Positions 26,470-40,119 are shown, counted from the first letter of the stretch. The stretch is 64,000 nucleotides of DNA from Eledone cirrhosa (GCA_964016885.1 OZ024742.1:36518001-36582000), one strand, 5' to 3'. Notes: a model not told the origin generated them from the letters alone. Made by a program: numbers and translations.

Positions 26470-26510
26470 AACATATAAATACATATTTATACTCACACAA
26501 ACATACATAC

Positions 26511-26582
<72 letters not shown>

Positions 26583-26617
26583 CATATATTATATATATAT
26601 ATATATATATTATATAC

Positions 26618-26698
<81 letters not shown>

Positions 26699-26731
26699 TG
26701 TATATATATATATATATATATATAATATATG

Positions 26732-26809
<78 letters not shown>

Positions 26810-26990
26810 GTATGAATGTTTGTGTGAGAATAAATATATATGTAGTTATATGTAGGTATGTATATATAAATATATACCTACTTACATACACACATACAAG
26901 CATGCATACATACATACAAGCATACATACATACATACAAGCATACATACATACATACATACATACATACATACATACATACATACAAGCA

Positions 26991-27600
26991 TGGTGGCTGC
27001 CAACTCGTTTTCGAGTACGACCACTACTTTATATCCATGTAGGAGAACCCCTACCGATGCGCTGAACGAGTGTGACTTTTTAGTCCAGCCAGCGACTTGA
27101 AAACTCTGGTACAAACACTACACTTGTGACAACTATTGACACATAGTGTTGGGCCCATGGTACCATGTGACGACAAGTGCGGAGAGATCTCCAGATATAA
27201 AGCAATGCCTGTGCCGTGAAGCTTTTATAGTGAGCAAAGGCACTGCACAAAGCCAGTCCCACTCTCTTAACCAAGATGATATTTACCAAAAAGAAGAACT
27301 AGTCAACATCATTGGATACCATCAGGGTTGCAGGTGTTATATCAGAGTTTTCCTTCTCCTAGAATTCTGCCTTGACAAAGGCTAAGGGGTCATCTCTCCC
27401 AGTGATTTTGGATGGCCATTGACACTTAAGAGCTCCTTTGCCCTTTGACAGGTTTTGTTTTTAGTCCTGCAGGATGTCCAAAGTCACCCTCCTCACCAAG
27501 AAACCTTGATGGGGTTGCCAGTTTAGTCGCCAACGACCCGACCATGAGACAGGTTGTACTGGGATACATGTTACCAGTAGCACCAACTGGTGACCTGACA
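26991..27600 (-). mobile_element. Family B retroposon copy in (TACA)n
   Basis: Colinear with 9368-9974. Confidence 0.85.
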
Positions 27601-28644
27601 TACAAGCATACATACATACATACATACATACATACATGCATACATACATACATATAAATATGCATTTGAGTTAACTGCATCGATAATATGTTTATTTTAG
27701 GTGTTTACTAAATATGTTCATGCATGTATGTGCTTAAACTGCGATATGTGTTTCTATATATGTGTATATAGATATGTATCCCTGTGTGTATGTGAACATG
27801 AGCGACTGTGTGTTTGTTGCCATGGGTGTGCGTGATTTACTATATGTATATGAGTGCGTGTGGTTTTTATCCCGATATTTATATAAGCGTATGTGTGTAT
27901 ACCTATGTGTATGTGAGCGCGTGTGAGTGTGTGTAGCAGGACCCATGTTGAGCAGGCTTGATTCCGGAATCAAGAATTTCGCTTCCCAATTATCAGATCC
28001 CGGGTTCAATCCGACTGTCTGGCAAATTTGGCAAGAGATGTTATCATTGTTTCGAGTCTACCGAATCCTTGTGAATTAAATTACAGAGACGGAATCTGTG
28101 TGAAAGACTGTCGAAAGAATTCTATGTATTTATACATATATATATGTATTGGAATTTCGTATTTCTAAAGAAATACGGTATGTTTATAGATAAACATTTA
28201 GAAAGCCGTAGCTATGCAAAACACTGGGGCTATCGCCCTCTGGTGGTGTCCAGCAGAAGCAAAGGGAACAATCGTCGATGCATTTCGAACTTAACTGGTT
28301 CTCATCGGGACATACATTCTATACTATACATATAAATATTTATGAAGTCGGAAAGGTCTAGGAAAAAAGAGTGCTCTATGTAGGTTACAGAGCTTATTAG
28401 TTATGTAATAAACAACATAAGATAATTATTTATGTTGGTTAAATTCCGGGCTGGAAAGTTGAGCACTGTACAGTTTTCAGGAATATAACCAACATAAATA
28501 ATTATCTTATGTTGCTTATTACATAACATATAAATATTTATATAAATACATATCATCACCATCATCGTCAACATCATTTAATATCCGTTGAATGATGATG
28601 ATCATGATGATAATCATCATGAGGATGATGATCATGATATTGTT

Positions 28645-28828
28645 ATTGGATTGGCAGTATGGTAGAGGGTCAGACACCATGCTTTCCAGCATAGTTACGT
28701 CCCTTTACGATCTGAGTTCAAATCCCGCCGAGGTTAACTTTGCCTTTCATCCTTATGGGGTCGATAAAATAAAGTACCAGTAATGCACTGGGTAATTGCT
28801 GGCCTTGTGCCTAAAGTAGAAACAGTTA
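28645..28828 (+). mobile_element. tRNA-derived SINE copy
   Basis: Same family as 5642-5830. Confidence 0.88.
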
Positions 28829-29082
28829 TGAGATTTCTCTACCATGTTGATGTCTCAAATTATTAAACTTACACATATATATATTTATGTGTGTGAATCT
28901 GAGTGTGGTTATGTGGTTATGTGGTTGTGTGTTTTTCTCTTGAAAAGAAAATCCCTCTCTTTCTTTCTGCTCTCTCATTTTATCTTCTGATAAAGGACTA
29001 TCGTTCGAATGATTAAGACGCTTTTCCTACTATATCAAGCATTAAACTAATATATATCATTATTTTATTGTGTTGTTTTCCT

Positions 29083-29139
<57 letters not shown>

Positions 29140-29212
29140 TGTATGTATGTATTATATGTCTGTGTGCGCGTATGTGTTTATGTTTATATACATATATAAT
29201 ACACTCTCTCTA

Positions 29213-29275
<63 letters not shown>

Positions 29276-29296
29276 CAAAATACATTATATATACAT

Positions 29297-29379
<83 letters not shown>

Positions 29380-29716
29380 GAGAGAGGCGGGAAGAGAAAG
29401 AGAGGGGTAAACAGACAGCCAGACACATTATAGATAAATAGATTTTAATAAATATATTAAGAAGTAGAGAGAGATTGAGGGAAAAGAAACTGACATATAT
29501 ATGAGAAACTAATGTACTCCTGTACCTAAGTTAAAGAAATGTCCATATGAACATATATACGCACACACAAATGCATGAAATTGCATTGACCAGGGGGTGG
29601 CTGATGAGGAAGTTAGAGGCTTCTTTTCATTCGTTCGCACGTATTTCGCGTTCGTGTGTAAACTCTGCTATATATGCACACACACACATACACACACACA
29701 CATATATATATATATC

Positions 29717-29761
<45 letters not shown>

Positions 29762-29918
29762 GGGGGCATAGAATTAGAAGCTTTCACCGTAAATGAACTA
29801 TAGAAAATAGTCTAATATTAGGGCAATATAACAGTGAAAATAGGTATTAGCGGTAATTAACGGTGAAAGCTTCTAATTCTATTTTCAAAATGTTCGCCGC
29901 CCTATTCTGGTTCACACG

Positions 29919-29973
<55 letters not shown>

Positions 29974-30296
29974 AAGTGGTGTGTGTATTTATGTTAATAT
30001 ATATATATATATTATCGACATGTCCATAGCCACCTCCTACATATCATGTCCATCTAATTATTGTTCTAGCACAGTTTGAATCCACTTCTCTACCATTTAA
30101 CATTGTATATCGTAAGGTCAGTACAAGTGTACGCTACATGTATTAGAGCACATCTTTTTATTGTGGGTTCTGTGCCTTTCACACACCTGGAGTGTTTGGG
30201 GCTTTTATTTAGTACCACACAAAATTTTATTTTCAAAAAAACGCTCACAGACATGGATGGACGGTTAAAATATTTCCGTACAGCAGCCCACTCTAC

Positions 30297-30337
<41 letters not shown>

Positions 30338-30366
30338 CGTGCGTGTGTGCGTGTGTGTGTGTGTGT

Positions 30367-30416
30367 GAACTTTACTGATGAAGGATTATACCCAGAAAGA
30401 TTAGTGTCTACAGTTC
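30367..30416 (+). ncRNA. Decayed minimal hammerhead (paralog of 36226-36274)
   Basis: GAACTTTA-CTGATGA-AGGATTATACCCA-GAAA-GATTAGT-GTC-TACAGTTC; about 90 downstream nt shared with 36275-36362. Confidence 0.6.
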
Positions 30417-31494
30417 TGTTTACATGCCAACGCAAGAGCAAGAATGTGGGGTTCATTCTACTGATATGGCTTTAAAAATGAGGCTTGTTTGCATAATTCA
30501 ACATTCAGAACTATATATAACTTATAATTATACTTATAATATTTCTACTTATTTCTATAACAATATCTCTAAATCATAATATCTATAACATTTGCTGTAA
30601 TTCCACTTCTTAAAGTTTCATAAAATATATACGTATATAATTCTAATCTTTTTTTTAAATTTTAATTTTAATTTTAATAATTTTTATTTCTTTATTTTTA
30701 TTTCTTTAATTTTTATTTCTTTAAAAATTACTTATCTCTTATAAATTATTTTTTTTTTTTTTATTTTTTCACATTTTGCAATATTTTTTCAATACTTTTT
30801 CAATATTTTTTCAACTGATTCTGGCTAAATGTATATTTCAACATCTATACTTATTTTGACTAAATAGTCTCACACTAACGAATAAATAAATTAAACCGGA
30901 GTTTTTTCCGTATCTTCCCATTTTAAATCATATAAATATAAATATTCTTATTAACTCAGTTAATTTAATTTAATTTAACTTAATATTTATTTACATTAAA
31001 TACAAAACCAATATCCCCCATAACTCATTAGAACAATTATCTATAACATGATATACCCATCTATTTATTTATTTATTTATTTATGTATTTATTTATTTAT
31101 TTATCTACTTATAACAGAAGAAAAATATCATATTATAAACAAATTTTAAACAACTAATAATCGTAAATACACGTACTATTAAAATATATTACTTAGAATA
31201 TATTTCCCTCAAATTAACGTTATATAAGTTTTTATTCATCTTCTCTTGTTTCTTTCTTCTCTCTCCCTCTATCTCTCGCACTATTTTATCCTTCTCCTCT
31301 TATCTCTTCTCTCTCTCTCTCTCTCTCTCTATAGTCGTTTAAATAAACGGTTGTTTTTCAATTATTTACATATTCATTTGCATATTCACACATAAATTTG
31401 AAAAATCCCTAATATATTTCCACTATCCAGTGAATTTCCAACCGATAAGGTATGATTTTCATGGGTATGTCTCTATTTATAAAACAAACTTTGT

Positions 31495-31555
31495 ATTTTA
31501 TCTCATGAAAGCGTACCAATGTGTCTTGGTACCCTTGAAATATATATAATAAAAT
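31495..31555 (+). ncRNA. Minimal hammerhead motif with core G5-to-C substitution
   Basis: ATTTTAT-CTCATGA-AAGCGTACCAA-TGTGTC-TTGGTACCCTT-GAAA-TATAT-ATA-ATAAAAT followed by AATAAA. Confidence 0.7.
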
Positions 31556-31598
31556 AAATATGGTTTCATAAATATAGTTTCCATTTATTTAATATCAT

Positions 31599-31845
31599 TG
31601 GTGGTGGTGGTGGTGGTGGTGGTGGTGGTGGTGGTGGTGGTGGTGGTGGTCGTCGTCGTCGTGGTGGTGGTGGTGGTGGTGGTGGTGGTGGTGGTGATAG
31701 TGGTGGTGGTGGTGGTGGCGGCGGTGGTGGTGGTTGTGGTGGTGGTGGTGTTGTTGTTGGTGGTGGTCAGGGAGGTACAGATGTAGTTGTTGCTGTTGTT
31801 ATTGGTAATGGTAGTGGTAGTGGTGGTGGTAGTGGTAGTAGTATA
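31599..31845. repeat. (GGT)n microsatellite
   Basis: Visible. Confidence 0.9.
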
Positions 31846-32180
31846 GGATATGTCTAGGAAAGTGTTGAGAATGTCTGCCTTATCGGTACGTTAGTTTGAT
31901 AAGCAACAACATCGCAAACGAGACAGATAACAACTGCACCCCTGACACAGTCTATGGTGCTTTCATGCAGTTGTTGCACCTGTTGCAATGGTGGCATTCG
32001 TGCAACTAATATGCTAGCAAAGATTTAACAGATGAAACGGTGCAGGATTTTTTGTTGTTATTGTGGTTTCTGCAGTCGTTGTTGTTGTTGTTGTTGTTGT
32101 TGTTGCTGTTGTTGTTCTTCTTCTTGTGATAGAGTTAATGCTAACTTATGTCTTAAAACCCCAACATTATTTTGTATATA

Positions 32181-32220
<40 letters not shown>

Positions 32221-32430
32221 AGTGGAAGCTTAGTAAAATCGAAGTTTTGGCTGTGGCCAAGCTAACGACCTACAATTAGGAATGAGCAGCAAAGCACTCA
32301 ATAAGGTTGCCCTTAGAGTAATAACATACGTTTAGACAGCTTGACAAATTGAAAATTGCGGCAGGCAGACCTAGCCACACAATACCAAAAACAACGAAGA
32401 AACGAAATATATATATACACATATATATAT

Positions 32431-32489
<59 letters not shown>

Positions 32490-32494
<5 letters not shown>

Positions 32495-32688
32495 CGAAGT
32501 AAATGTGAAAAGGAACTAGATAGACCATAACGTACCAAAGTACTCAATACTTAGGGTAGTAGAGTGGGTAATAGGAACAAGTATGACCCCGACAGCAGAG
32601 CTCAACCCGTTTCGACGGCTAATTCTGGACTCAGAATTAGCCGTCGAAACGGCTTGAGCTCTGCCGTCAGGGTCATACTTGCTCCTAT
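32490..32688. mobile_element. Short (TA)n-embedded repeat ending in a 57-bp-arm fold-back (32571-32688)
   Basis: Same family at 3757-3898 and 44150-44215, related at 47150-47230; loop GACT at 32628-32631. Confidence 0.75.
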
Positions 32689-32892
32689 ATATATATATAT
32701 ATGTATATATACATACATAAATACATAAACGGAGAAAGCTATTAGCGATACTCCGACCAATTTCCAACTCACTCAACAAACATTAGGAAATACCGGAGTA
32801 TATTCCCAATTAAACGTTTGGGGTGCTAACTATATTGTATTGTGTGAATAATCGGCTGTATTATTTTATATGAGATATATTAAAATCTCATT

Positions 32893-33016
32893 CCCCATAC
32901 GATCGTTTCATTACAAGATTTCTACATGGTGGGTGAAATTTTACCAAGTTATGTAGAAGCCTGCATAAGATCAATGGATTCCCATGCAAGTGGGTTCTTA
33001 TAAATCTTCAGTGGGA
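32893..33016 (-). ncRNA. Type I hammerhead motif with branched, about 95-nt stem II
   Basis: Minus: TCCCA-CTGAAGA-TTTATAAGA...TCTTGTAAT-GAAAC-GATC-GTA-TGGGG. Confidence 0.78.
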
Positions 33017-33289
33017 GCCCAATAATATCAATATTAATAACTAAATCAACATTAATAGTTAGCGATAATCTCCATCAGTGCTAGAAAGAGCTGCCTAGGT
33101 TTTATGTCCAGCAGCTCTAAAGAAAATCTCACACTGTCCCCAAATGGGAAGGGGAGGTCATCGTGAAAAATAAAATAATATACACGCAGGTCATTGAACC
33201 CTGTCAGGAATTCAAGCCTCGTGCGAAGAACTCAATTGGATATGAACAAATAAATATATGTGTGCACTGTTTTAAGGACACATAAGGTG

Positions 33290-33377
<88 letters not shown>

Positions 33378-33419
33378 CGATATTAAATAAATGGAAACTA
33401 TATTTATAAAACCATATTT

Positions 33420-33483
33420 ATTTCATCATATATATTTCAGGGATATCATATTAAAAATATGTTATGCCTTCTTCAGACAAAAT
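33420..33483 (-). ncRNA. Minimal hammerhead paralog of 60390-60453 (G at position 17, predicted inactive)
   Basis: Minus: TTTTGT-CTGAAGA-AGGCATAACATATT...AATATGATATCCCT-GAAA-TATAT-ATG-ATGAAA. Confidence 0.65.
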
Positions 33484-34399
33484 ACAATATAAACAGTCTT
33501 ATAAATAGATAGATTCGACATACCTTTCAACTTCGACTTCTATTTGAAAAGTTGATTTGGTAGTGGAAAAAATATTAGGGACAGTTATAAAAAGAAAGAG
33601 AGAAAAAAGCGAAGAAAAAGAAGAAATGCATGCAACCAAACAGAGAGAGAAACAGACATAGAGAGACAGATAGAGAGAAGAAACTCATGTAAAGAAACAG
33701 AGAGAGATATATAGAGAGAGGAAAAAACACAGAGGGAGACAGATAGAGAGAGAGAGAGAGAAGAGAGGAGAGAGAGAGAGAGAGAGAAAATATAGAGAGA
33801 TAGATATAGATAGAGATAGAGAGAAAGAAAATAGGTAGTTGTGCACCAGTTGAATGACGTATCAATGATATATTTATTTATTTATTTATTTATTTAGCTC
33901 TAGTATTAATGTAGAGAGAGACACATGTGGTCAAGAGAGAAAACAGCCGTCACATAGAGAGAAAAGAAAAGTAAAACATCCAGACAAAAACGAGGCAGAT
34001 TTAAAACACTATGTTTCATCAATGTAAAAAATACCAATTCGTATAAAACAGGCATTATAATGTAAATATCAGTATTCACGAATGAGACACGCATTAATAA
34101 TGTGTGAAAAATAATGATCACACGTCCAGTTTAAAATTCATAGGTTTATATCAGAGTTGAGACAAAATAGAAGGCCATCCCAGATCCCACACCATATACA
34201 TCCATGTGAATTCACGTGACCAGCTCTGCAAACTCCCATTCCACACGAAAACATTCCCATTGTGCTATAAAAATTCCAGTATACACATACATGCACACAC
34301 ACACAAACACACATAGAGTCTACATTAATTTTAACAACACTATTCATGTCACTACTCTACATGACCACCGTTCAAGCACAAACAGAGAACAGATATCAA

Positions 34400-35359
34400 T
34401 CTATATATATAAAACTGTGGTTGTCTGTCTGTCTATCGATTTTTGGCACACATCTCCTCTTAGAATCTCTCACGGAATTGCACCGAAATTGCTATACTTG
34501 TACATTGAGCCCTAGCGAAGACATCGGAAAAAAAAAATTTCAAATTGACCCACCCTATGTGACGAAATCGAATATAATGTATCGATTTTTGAGCGTAAGT
34601 TATCAGTTATTTCCCTTTGTTCTGTTTACATTGAGCGTCTTACGTAAAAAATTACGCTGGCTTTCTCAGCGTTTAAAATGACATTAACACAATACACCCG
34701 TTTTGCTTCATTTCCATTTAAAAGCATTTTAAAACAATATTTTTACTTGAAAACAAGTCTATTTAAAGACTACGTAAAACAAGCAAATATTTCGTCGTTA
34801 GGCGTGCAGACAGACAGTCGTGCAGACAGACAGTCGTGCAGAGAGGTGATATACGCGTGCAGACAGATAGTCGTGCAGAGAGGTGATATACGCGTGCAGA
34901 CAGACAGTCGTGCAGAGAGGTGATATAGGCGTGCAGACAGACAGTCGTGCAGAGAGGTGATATAGGCGTGCAGACAGACAGTCGTGCAGAGAGGTGATAT
35001 AGGCGTGCAGACAGACAGTCGTGCAGAGAGGTGATATAGGCGTGCAGACAGACATAACTGATAATTTGGTTACGCTAATGTTTTTCTCTGCGTTGCAGTG
35101 TTTACATTTTCGATCTTTGTTAATAAATAACCAGTGAAGTTTCTATCCCCAGCATCCTCTTTTGTTATAACATTCGGGTTATCGTTATGTTTTCTTAACT
35201 TCATAAGGCATATTGTTGGTTGAGGGAATATTAATCAAAAACACCACATGCAAGTCTGCACAGTAGACACTACAGTTTTTAAGCCAAGAAAGAAACTTAA
35301 CATTGTAACTTTAACACAGCTACTGAGCGACCCCGAGCAACGCCGGGCTTTACTGCTAG
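34400..35359 (+). mobile_element. Non-autonomous Helitron
   Basis: 5' TCTATATATATAAAA after A; subterminal hairpin CCCGAGCAACGCCGGG; 3' CTAG followed by T; no TSD. Confidence 0.85.
34798..35055. repeat. 37-bp minisatellite inside the Helitron, about 6-7 units
   Basis: (GCGTGCAGACAGACAGTCGTGCAGAGAGGTGATATAG)n. Confidence 0.92.
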
Positions 35360-35546
35360 TATATCAATAAAAATAAAAATATCAGAAACAAAAAGTAAAT
35401 AAAAAACAAAAAAATCAGTTTCCATTTATTTAATATCGTAAATATACTCCAAATACTTGTTGAGTGCTTTTATATCAGTTATAAATATTTACTCGTTGTT
35501 AACCCAACAATTTAAATAAAACTTTGCATATATATTTATATATATT

Positions 35547-35704
<158 letters not shown>

Positions 35705-35732
35705 TATTTATATATATATATATGTATATATA

Positions 35733-35810
<78 letters not shown>

Positions 35811-35813
<3 letters not shown>

Positions 35814-36123
35814 GTTAAAGCATTGGGCTTGCAATCAAAAAGTTGTGAGTTCGATTCATTCTCGGACCGGGTGATGCGTTGTGTCCTTGAGCAAGACACT
35901 TTATTTCACGTTGCTCCAGTTTACTCAGCTGTAGAAATGAGTTGTGACGCCACTGGTATCAAACTGTATCGGCCATAGCCTTTCCCTTGGACATCATTGG
36001 AGAGGGGAGGTGGTATGCATGGGCGACTGCTGGTCTTCCACAAATAATCTTGCCCGGACTTGTGCCTCGGAGGGAAACTTTCTTGGTGCAAATCACATGG
36101 TCATTCGTGACCGAAGGGGGTCT
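35811..36123 (+). mobile_element. tRNA-derived SINE (second family)
   Basis: GTGGTTAAAGC A-box, GAGTTCGATTC B-box, TGTGTCCTTGAGCAAGACACTT central motif. Confidence 0.8.
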
Positions 36124-36225
36124 TCTCATATATTTATATATATAAGATCTGACTGACTAGCCAGTCACTGTATATTTCAGAAAATATATTTTTTCACTTC
36201 TCTGACAGTAGGCTGGTAAGCAGTA

Positions 36226-36274
36226 AACTGCACTGATGAAGGGTAATCACCCAGAAACATTAGTGTCTGCAGTT
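36226..36274 (+). ncRNA. Minimal type I hammerhead motif
   Basis: AACTGCA-CTGATGA-A-GGGT-AATC-ACCC-A-GAAAC-ATTAGT-GTC-TGCAGTT; 7-bp stem I, GUC triplet. Confidence 0.82.
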
Positions 36275-36522
36275 CTGTTTACCTGTTTACAACCAACACA
36301 AGAGCGAGAATGAGAGGCTCATTCTACTGACATGGCTGATAAATGAGACTGTTTGCATAATTGCAAACAAATCAAATATTATTACTAATATTCGAAAATC
36401 TCAGACTACATTTATTGTATTCAGCCATGTAGAGCAATAAGTAGTTGGTATATATATATGTCCCAAGGCTGTGATACCATCAACACCAAAAACACAGAGC
36501 TGGCATATCTAAGAACTGACTA

Positions 36523-36578
36523 ACTGCCTGATGAGGTCATAGCCATTCAATGGCTATCATCGAAATATATATAGCAGT
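36523..36578 (+). ncRNA. Minimal type I hammerhead motif
   Basis: ACTGC-CTGATGA-GGTCATAGCCA-TTCAA-TGGCTATCATC-GAAA-TATAT-ATA-GCAGT then AATAAA. Confidence 0.85.
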
Positions 36579-36619
36579 AAATAAAGGATTATGAGTTCAT
36601 GCAATTGACTTATGTTTCG

Positions 36620-36722
<103 letters not shown>

Positions 36723-36813
36723 TCTGTCTAGCTCTACACCTCGACACTGAAGTGAACCTAAACATCGAGTGTTCACCTGGGTGAACCTACAGTAACCCCA
36801 AGTTACACTCCCT

Positions 36814-36864
<51 letters not shown>

Positions 36865-36869
<5 letters not shown>

Positions 36870-37640
36870 GAAAGCAGGAAATTGCTTATTGTAATCCAGT
36901 TTCTTGGACGGTTTCCAACGTTCGGTTAGGGGTAACTCCGCAAGTTTGCAAGAATCTGGTTAGTAAATCCCGTTCAATCTTGGAGTATAAACAAATAAAG
37001 AGAAAACACAGGTAAGCATTAAAAAAAGGATTTTATCCAGGTATTTACGACCGTTTCATTGGTAAGCGCAACCTTATATCGCTATACAGCAAATAGTAGC
37101 CACTCGATAATAACTGTTATTCACCTCCAAATTATCAAAATAATGAATAAGTAGAGGGACAAACGGTGATGGGGGGAGGGGTAAAGATGGAAGGATTCCT
37201 CGATCAGTTTTGATTCGTAGACTTGATGTCGTCAATTTACAGTGTAGGGAGTTAAAGAGAATTACATTTTTTATAGTGGGAGAAAGAGAGAGAGAGGGGG
37301 GGGGGGCAGATAGAGAGATAAATATATATATAAAAAAGGGGGAAGAGAAAAAAGAAGAAAAGAAAAGAGAACAAAAAAAAGAGAGAGAAGAAAAGAAGAA
37401 AACGAAAAAAGAAAAAAGGAATGAAGGAGGAGAGAGGGACATAAGTATTGGTACTGTGGGCAATTAAAGGGGTTAGATTCAATAAGAGGGTAGAAAGTCT
37501 AAGTATATGCAGTTTCTCACGTGGTAGTAGGAAGTTAAGGGTTCGATTTGCACTTGTAGTGCGAACATTTTTCTGGTTTGCAAGTCTGGTTGCAATAAAT
37601 TGATTTTTCGATTTTATTGTTGAGCAACTTATTCTTCGAA
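36865..37640 (-). mobile_element. Penelope-like element 3' fragment (endonuclease tail plus pLTR with decayed hammerhead at 37042-37142)
   Basis: Minus translation FHILSSKNKLLNNKIEKSIYC resembles LLNKRQELIISCNH at about 10855-10895; TATT-TTGATAA-TTTGG...CCAAT-GAAAC-GGTC-GTA-AATA. Confidence 0.65.
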
Positions 37641-37742
37641 CTCAAAATATGGAACATATATATATATGTATGTATGTATGTATTTATATGTATATATATA
37701 TGCGTGTGCGTGTGTGTCTGTACTTCTACTACTACTACTAGC

Positions 37743-37960
37743 AATAATGGTTTCTTATATAGGCACAAGGCCAACACTTTTGGGGGAGGGGAAAGTCGAT
37801 TACATCGACCCCAGTGCGTGACTGGTACTTTATGTTATCGACCCCGTAAAGAGGAAAGGCAAAGTTAACCTCGGCGGGATTTGAACTCAGATCATAAAGG
37901 GCCGTAACTCTATGCTGCAAAGCATGGCCTCAGACCCTCTACTGATACTGCCAATCCACC
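37743..37960 (-). mobile_element. tRNA-derived SINE copy
   Basis: Same family as 647-1066. Confidence 0.88.
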
Positions 37961-39050
37961 ACAACGTCCAGAATCACCAGTTTACCGTCCGAGTTCAGGA
38001 AGATCGTCCGTGCCTCGGGATTGAAGCCTTTCCTAAACAGCACTGCCAGCACGCCCCTCATTCCAGGCCGACTAAGGAATGTGAAGATGTCATAGTAATC
38101 AAAAATAGGGGTTAGTGCAAGCGCGTCGGAAATCCTGGTCTCACTGACATCAGTCCCAGCCAAAGCTAGTGACCTGAGGTCTTTGAGCAAGCTACCTTGC
38201 TTCCAGGACGACCACAGGCCACGAACATTTATGCATCCTACTCTTATAATAGCCATGTAGACTGGTTAGTTAAGAGAGGAAAAGAGGGTGCTACTTACCC
38301 TCCGGGTGCTGTTGGAGATCGGGTGGTTCAATCTCCATATCTGTTGAGGTTTTCTTTGGGATCACCTTTAAGAGCCTACTTGACGCTCTTACATTAAGCA
38401 TTCTTATGTCATGCGGAAAGCTTTCCCTATTGCCTACAGAGGCAATAGGGAAAGCTTTCCGCATGTCATAGGAATGCCTAATGTAAGAGCGTCAAGTAGG
38501 CTCTTAAAGGTGATCCCAAAGAACAAAGGGAAAGACACCCAGTGACATTCGTACCATCAGTAGAATTTCAGGCACTTTAAATGTGCTGGTGCCAAAAAAT
38601 GTCCCCTTTTTTCTCAATTTCTTTACTTCGTGCTATGAGAGCCATCACTTCTTGGTTGGCTTTTCTTACTAGTACGAGGTTTTCTGTAAGTGGTGTTGTT
38701 TGCTGTTGATTTTGTGTGTTCCTGTTCTCTTTTGGTTGTGGTTGGCTGTTTTAGGGTTGATGATGGTATTGGTGGTGGTGTTGATGATGGTTCTGTTGCC
38801 AGCTAGGGTGGTGGTGATGGAGGTGGTGTTGTTTCATATGTGCTTGATATGTTTCGTGTGGGTGGGTGTTTTTTGTTTTCTGGAGAGGGCTTTGGTGTTG
38901 TCTGGGTTTTTGTGCGTGCGGCTTTTTTGTGGGGAAGGAGGGTGCGTTATCTTTTCTCTCCCACTGAGTGACGAAGAGGTGCATGTGTCTGATAATGGTG
39001 AGAATACAAGTATGTTTGTGACTTTGTGTGTGTGTTTATGTGCGTGTGTG

Positions 39051-39101
<51 letters not shown>

Positions 39102-39880
39102 AGAGCGAGTGAAGAGAGAGAGAGAGGGTGAGCTTTCTTGATGGACCACCTGGGTGGTTTTGTTGGATTCTGTTTTTGTTGTTGGTGGTGGTGGTTCAGT
39201 CGCTGCTGTTGAGGATGTTGTTGGTCTTGTTAGGGCTGTCAGTACTGCTGGTGTTGTTGGTGCCGCAGTTGCTACTGTTGTTCGTTGTTGTTGTTGTTGT
39301 GGTGGTGGTGGTGGTGGTGGTGGTGGTGGTGGTGGTGGAGGAGGATTGATGGCAGTGGTGGTTGTGTCTGTTGAGGTCCTGATGTTTGCAGCAAGGGGAC
39401 CCTGTAGTTCTTCCTCTAAATTGTTCTATTTTCCTTCACAAATGACTGCTGGGTGTTTACCCCTCACTGATACCCATAGCTCCATGATACCCAGAAGGCG
39501 AATAGGGCCTAGGATCTTTTCAATCTTCTCTGGTTTGATCTGGAAAAGTATCTCCAGACTGATCCCAGACAAGTTCTCCCTCCAGGTCCTCCCTCCCAGA
39601 GCGTTTCGCTATCTTCTAGAATGATGCATACTAGGATCCACCAGATAACTATTTCCGGCGGGGTCCCAACATTATAGATTTTAGTGTCCTTCTTCCCATG
39701 TGTGAGAGAAATAAAATAAATTGGTTCGTTTTGCAGGCAACCACAGTACTTCTTTGAAAGAGCCCTGCCATTGAAGAACACCGAGATGTTGCCAACCTGT
39801 TTGGCCCTCGCCACGTGCTGCATGCCTAGCATCAATCCCCACTAGAGCTGCCTACACGTGGGATTGTGGCGTCAGCTCCG
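37961..39880 (-). mobile_element. Decayed Tx1/L1-type LINE: ORF1 remnant plus ORF2 endonuclease N-terminus
   Basis: ORF 37939..38256 MAIIRVGCINVRGL...VSETR...GVLAVLFRK...DGKLVILDV is an L1/Tx1 APE start; upstream low-complexity ORF1-like fragments; abuts a SINE at its truncation point. Confidence 0.7.
38352..38523. repeat. Fold-back palindrome, about 84-bp arms, loop ACAG
   Basis: TTCTTTGGGATCACC...TATTGCCT-ACAG-AGGCAATA...GGTGATCCCAAAGAA with a few mismatches. Confidence 0.9.
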
Positions 39881-40064
39881 TCTTTCTGGACTTAATGCCA
39901 ATATATCTATAAAGAAAGTTGTTGTTTTTTTCTTTCTGCTGTTGCCAACACCTCAGATTGAACAGTTATGGTGACCCGGGTTTTGGGCAACTTTTATGAG
40001 TCTGGCTGCCTGAGAAAAACATTCCTCCCTGCTTGTGATGTCCATGTGGAACAATTTCACAGTT

Positions 40065-40119
40065 TTTGTTGCTGGTGCTGCTGGTGTTGTTGCTGCTGTT
40101 GCTGTTGTTGTCATTGCCG

